DNA of 64,000 nt from Octopus sinensis (taxonomy: Eukaryota), in the NCBI RefSeq assembly GCF_006345805.1, contig NC_042998.1, positions 187,922,001 to 187,986,000 of the forward strand, written 5' to 3'. Below are positions 61,353 through 64,000 of the stretch, one piece after another. Position 1 is the first letter of the stretch. The number at the start of each line of letters is the position of its first letter. Position numbers and translations under genes: made by a program. The notes under the pieces are model-generated. The model was not told the DNA's origin. It saw only the letters and a list, made by a program, of their open reading frames with translations, and searched no databases.

Positions 61353-62904
61353 TATAAGAAATAATTGAGATTCATTTGAATTATGTACTTAAGTTGAAGC
61401 ACCAAGTCAGTCCAGTATTCACACAACTTGAAGTAAGGTGAATAAAATCAAAATAAGCCACAGGATGTCAAGTAGTGATGCAGTATGACCATTTCAAGTG
61501 ACTTCATTTAATTGAACAATGAAATCATTATATCAGTTTAAATGCAGTGCCATGTTCAGCTGCACAAATAAATATAATTTTAACAAGTAGGACACATTAA
61601 TATAATTTTTCTCAAATATTTTAACAGAGCGAGAAGATGGAAGAAATTCATGTTGTTGCTATTATTGCTATGAATAGACTATACTTCCAAGAATCACATG
61701 AACCTATTAACCTTTTATCCCTTACAAATTATTACTTTTCTTGTTCTTAAAAAATATTTTTCATTTACTTAAGTCTATGCAAGATGGTTATACTATATCC
61801 ATATGAATATATAAATGTTTGTGTATGTATATATATGTTTATATGCACATACATAAATGTGTGTGTATCTGTATGCATTTTTACTTTTTCTGATTCATGG
61901 CTTAAAACTAATAAATAGCATATATATCTTTCCTGTTCTTCCATAAGTAAATGCCCTGAGCAGTCTTTATAGAAACCACCTAATAAGTAAATAATTAAGT
62001 ACATGAATGAATATTAAACTGATTCTATGTAATCTTTCCTTTTTAATGTTTATAACTTATATACACATTTTACCTATTTTGGTTATGATGTCATTTTTGA
62101 AAAGCTTAAATTTTATTTTTATACAACGTAACAATATTGTTTATAAACAGTCACTAATAATGCCCCAAAATAAAATTTCCTCTGTATTAACTTCTTAGGT
62201 TTCTTTGCATCTTGCCCCTTTAACTGATAATTAACATCATGATTTAAAGTCTTCTCCTTCCCAGCCTCTTTTTATAAACAGTTACTTATATCCAATTGAC
62301 TACTCCTAATGCCTTCTTTCCTCCCTGAGGAAAAGGGATACATATAACAATATTTATGACCATACCTAGCCATGAGCTGTCAACTCACTCTTGTCCTTTA
62401 TTCAAAATGGACACAATCTTCTAGTCTTAGATTTAGTAGTTGATAAAGAGATAAATGAATTAGAAATGAATTACAATCGCTTACAGCACTATGACTGCAA
62501 CAGGCTTCATTCAAATCTTGGAAGTGTAGTCTATTCTTAGCTACAATAGTGACAACATAAATTTCTTCCATCTTCTCACTCTGTTAAAATATTTGAAAAA
62601 AATTATGTGTCCTACTTGTTAAAATTCTATTTATTTATTTGTGCATATAAATTGATGTAATGATTGCATTGTTCAGTTAAATGGAGCCACTTGAAATGGT
62701 CTTACTGCACCACTGCTTGATATCCTGTTGCTCTTTTTTGATATATATATATAAATAGGTATTTTTTCTACTGTGAGGATATGTATTCCTCCTATACGGA
62801 TGAAATCATCCTAGTTACACTGGTTTAATACCCTATATCTACGAGAAATATCACATCGATATAAATTGGTATATCAAAAATGTAGAATATGATAAGCAAG
62901 AGTT

Positions 62905-63178
62905 AGAGCAGTGGACTCGCTGTCGAGAGATCATGGGTTCGAATCTCAGACCGAGCAATGTGTGTGTTTATGAGTGAAACACATAAGCTCCACGTGGCTC
63001 CGGCAGAAGGTAATGGCGAATTTCACCACAATTTTCTCTCACTCTTTCCTCCTGCATCTTGCAGCTCACCTGCGATGGACCGGCGTCCTGTCCAGGTGGG
63101 AAACCTATACGCCAAGGAAACCGGGAAACCGGCCCTTATGAGCCAGGCATGGCTTGAGAAGGAACAGATAATGATAAA
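62905..63178 (+). mobile_element. Third tRNA-derived SINE family (V-SINE-like 3' block)
   Basis: B-box gggttcgaatctc; cctgcgatggaccggcgtcctgtccagg resembles the V-SINE motif. Confidence 0.6.
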
Positions 63179-63829
63179 CAGGAAGCAAATGGAGAGTATG
63201 CAGATATAGATTAATTTATTAACATATAGTTAATTAAAATATTTTAAAATACTAACATGCACGAGCATAAATAAAGAAATGAATTCACTTATTCTTTCAA
63301 AATTGCACACACAAAGTTGTAAAATCTGTCAACATACATATTTATAAAAGCTATAATGTTGTATTTATTTTTATTCACATCTTGTTTTATTTACTTTTAT
63401 TTTTATTCATATTCTATTTTATTCTATTTTCTTTTCTTTTCTTTTATTTTATGAAATTTATTAACCCCCCCCCCCACACATATAAACATATTTTTGTTTA
63501 TTCAGTCTCTACCTAACATGTAATTCTTTTATGTCAATTAGGACTGATGAAGTTTTACTAATATTCTAAATGCAAATTTTATTTAATTTTATTTATAAAT
63601 TTGTAATTAGTATTGAGTAAAATTGAAACAATTGTAGGCATTTTTAATAAATTAATTTATGTCTATATACCCTCCATTTTCTTCTTGTTTATATATATAG
63701 ACTTATATACATACATACATATATGTTTACCACAGAAACTTCCAAAACTAGAAATCCGTAATTATTAAGGATTATCTTAAGTATTATCCTAGCATAAGAT
63801 TACCAATCAATACAATCATGGAATATCAA

Positions 63830-64000
63830 TCATCATCATCATGATCATGATCTAGTGTCTGTTTTCCATGCTGGCATGAATTGGATGGTTTGACAGGAGC
63901 GGGCAAAGCCGAGAACTGTACTGGGCTCCATTGTCTGTTTTGCTATGGTATCTATGACAGGTTGCCCTTCCTAATGCCAACCACTTTACAGAGTATAGTG
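63830..64000 (-). mobile_element. Diverged RTE 3'-UTR copy (runs off window)
   Basis: ttttccatgctggcatg..gcccttcctaatgccaaccactttacagagt. Confidence 0.8.

Larger units (their letters stand above)
60110..61574. repeat. Perfect 109-bp inverted repeat (60110-60218 / 61466-61574); diverged third copy ~62630-62725
   Basis: Base-by-base reverse-complement match. Confidence 0.92.

Overview
AT-rich, repeat-saturated eukaryotic DNA. The SINE families are most consistent with an Octopus genome (inferred from repeat recognition, no database search). There is no prokaryotic gene organisation, CRISPR array, rRNA or bona fide tRNA. Nearly all six-frame ORFs are microsatellite or transposon artefacts. The only host-gene signal is a few small + strand exons separated by 9-11 kb introns (best: 35595-35641 and 46496-46551; weaker: 55783-55861, 55980-56026). 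I cannot identify the gene, and two reading frames stay open across the best exons. The rest is layered mobile DNA: three tRNA-derived SINE families, many 3'-UTR copies of an RTE LINE plus one ~3.2 kb RTE remnant, Penelope-like (PLE), CR1, Tx1, R4/Dong and mariner fragments, MITEs and Helitron-like elements. Most interesting: (i) a Tx1-clade LINE 3' end that shares its tail with the dominant TSD-flanked SINE, with signs of target preference and self-concatenation; (ii) hammerhead-ribozyme-like cores in PLE-type termini, one pair mirrored in a 360-bp palindrome; (iii) a dense set of near-perfect snap-back hairpins and inverted repeats, one inserted with a 12-bp TSD, which would be dsRNA (ADAR or small-RNA) substrates if transcribed. 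Repeat boundaries were read by eye and are approximate unless a TSD or TIR fixes them.
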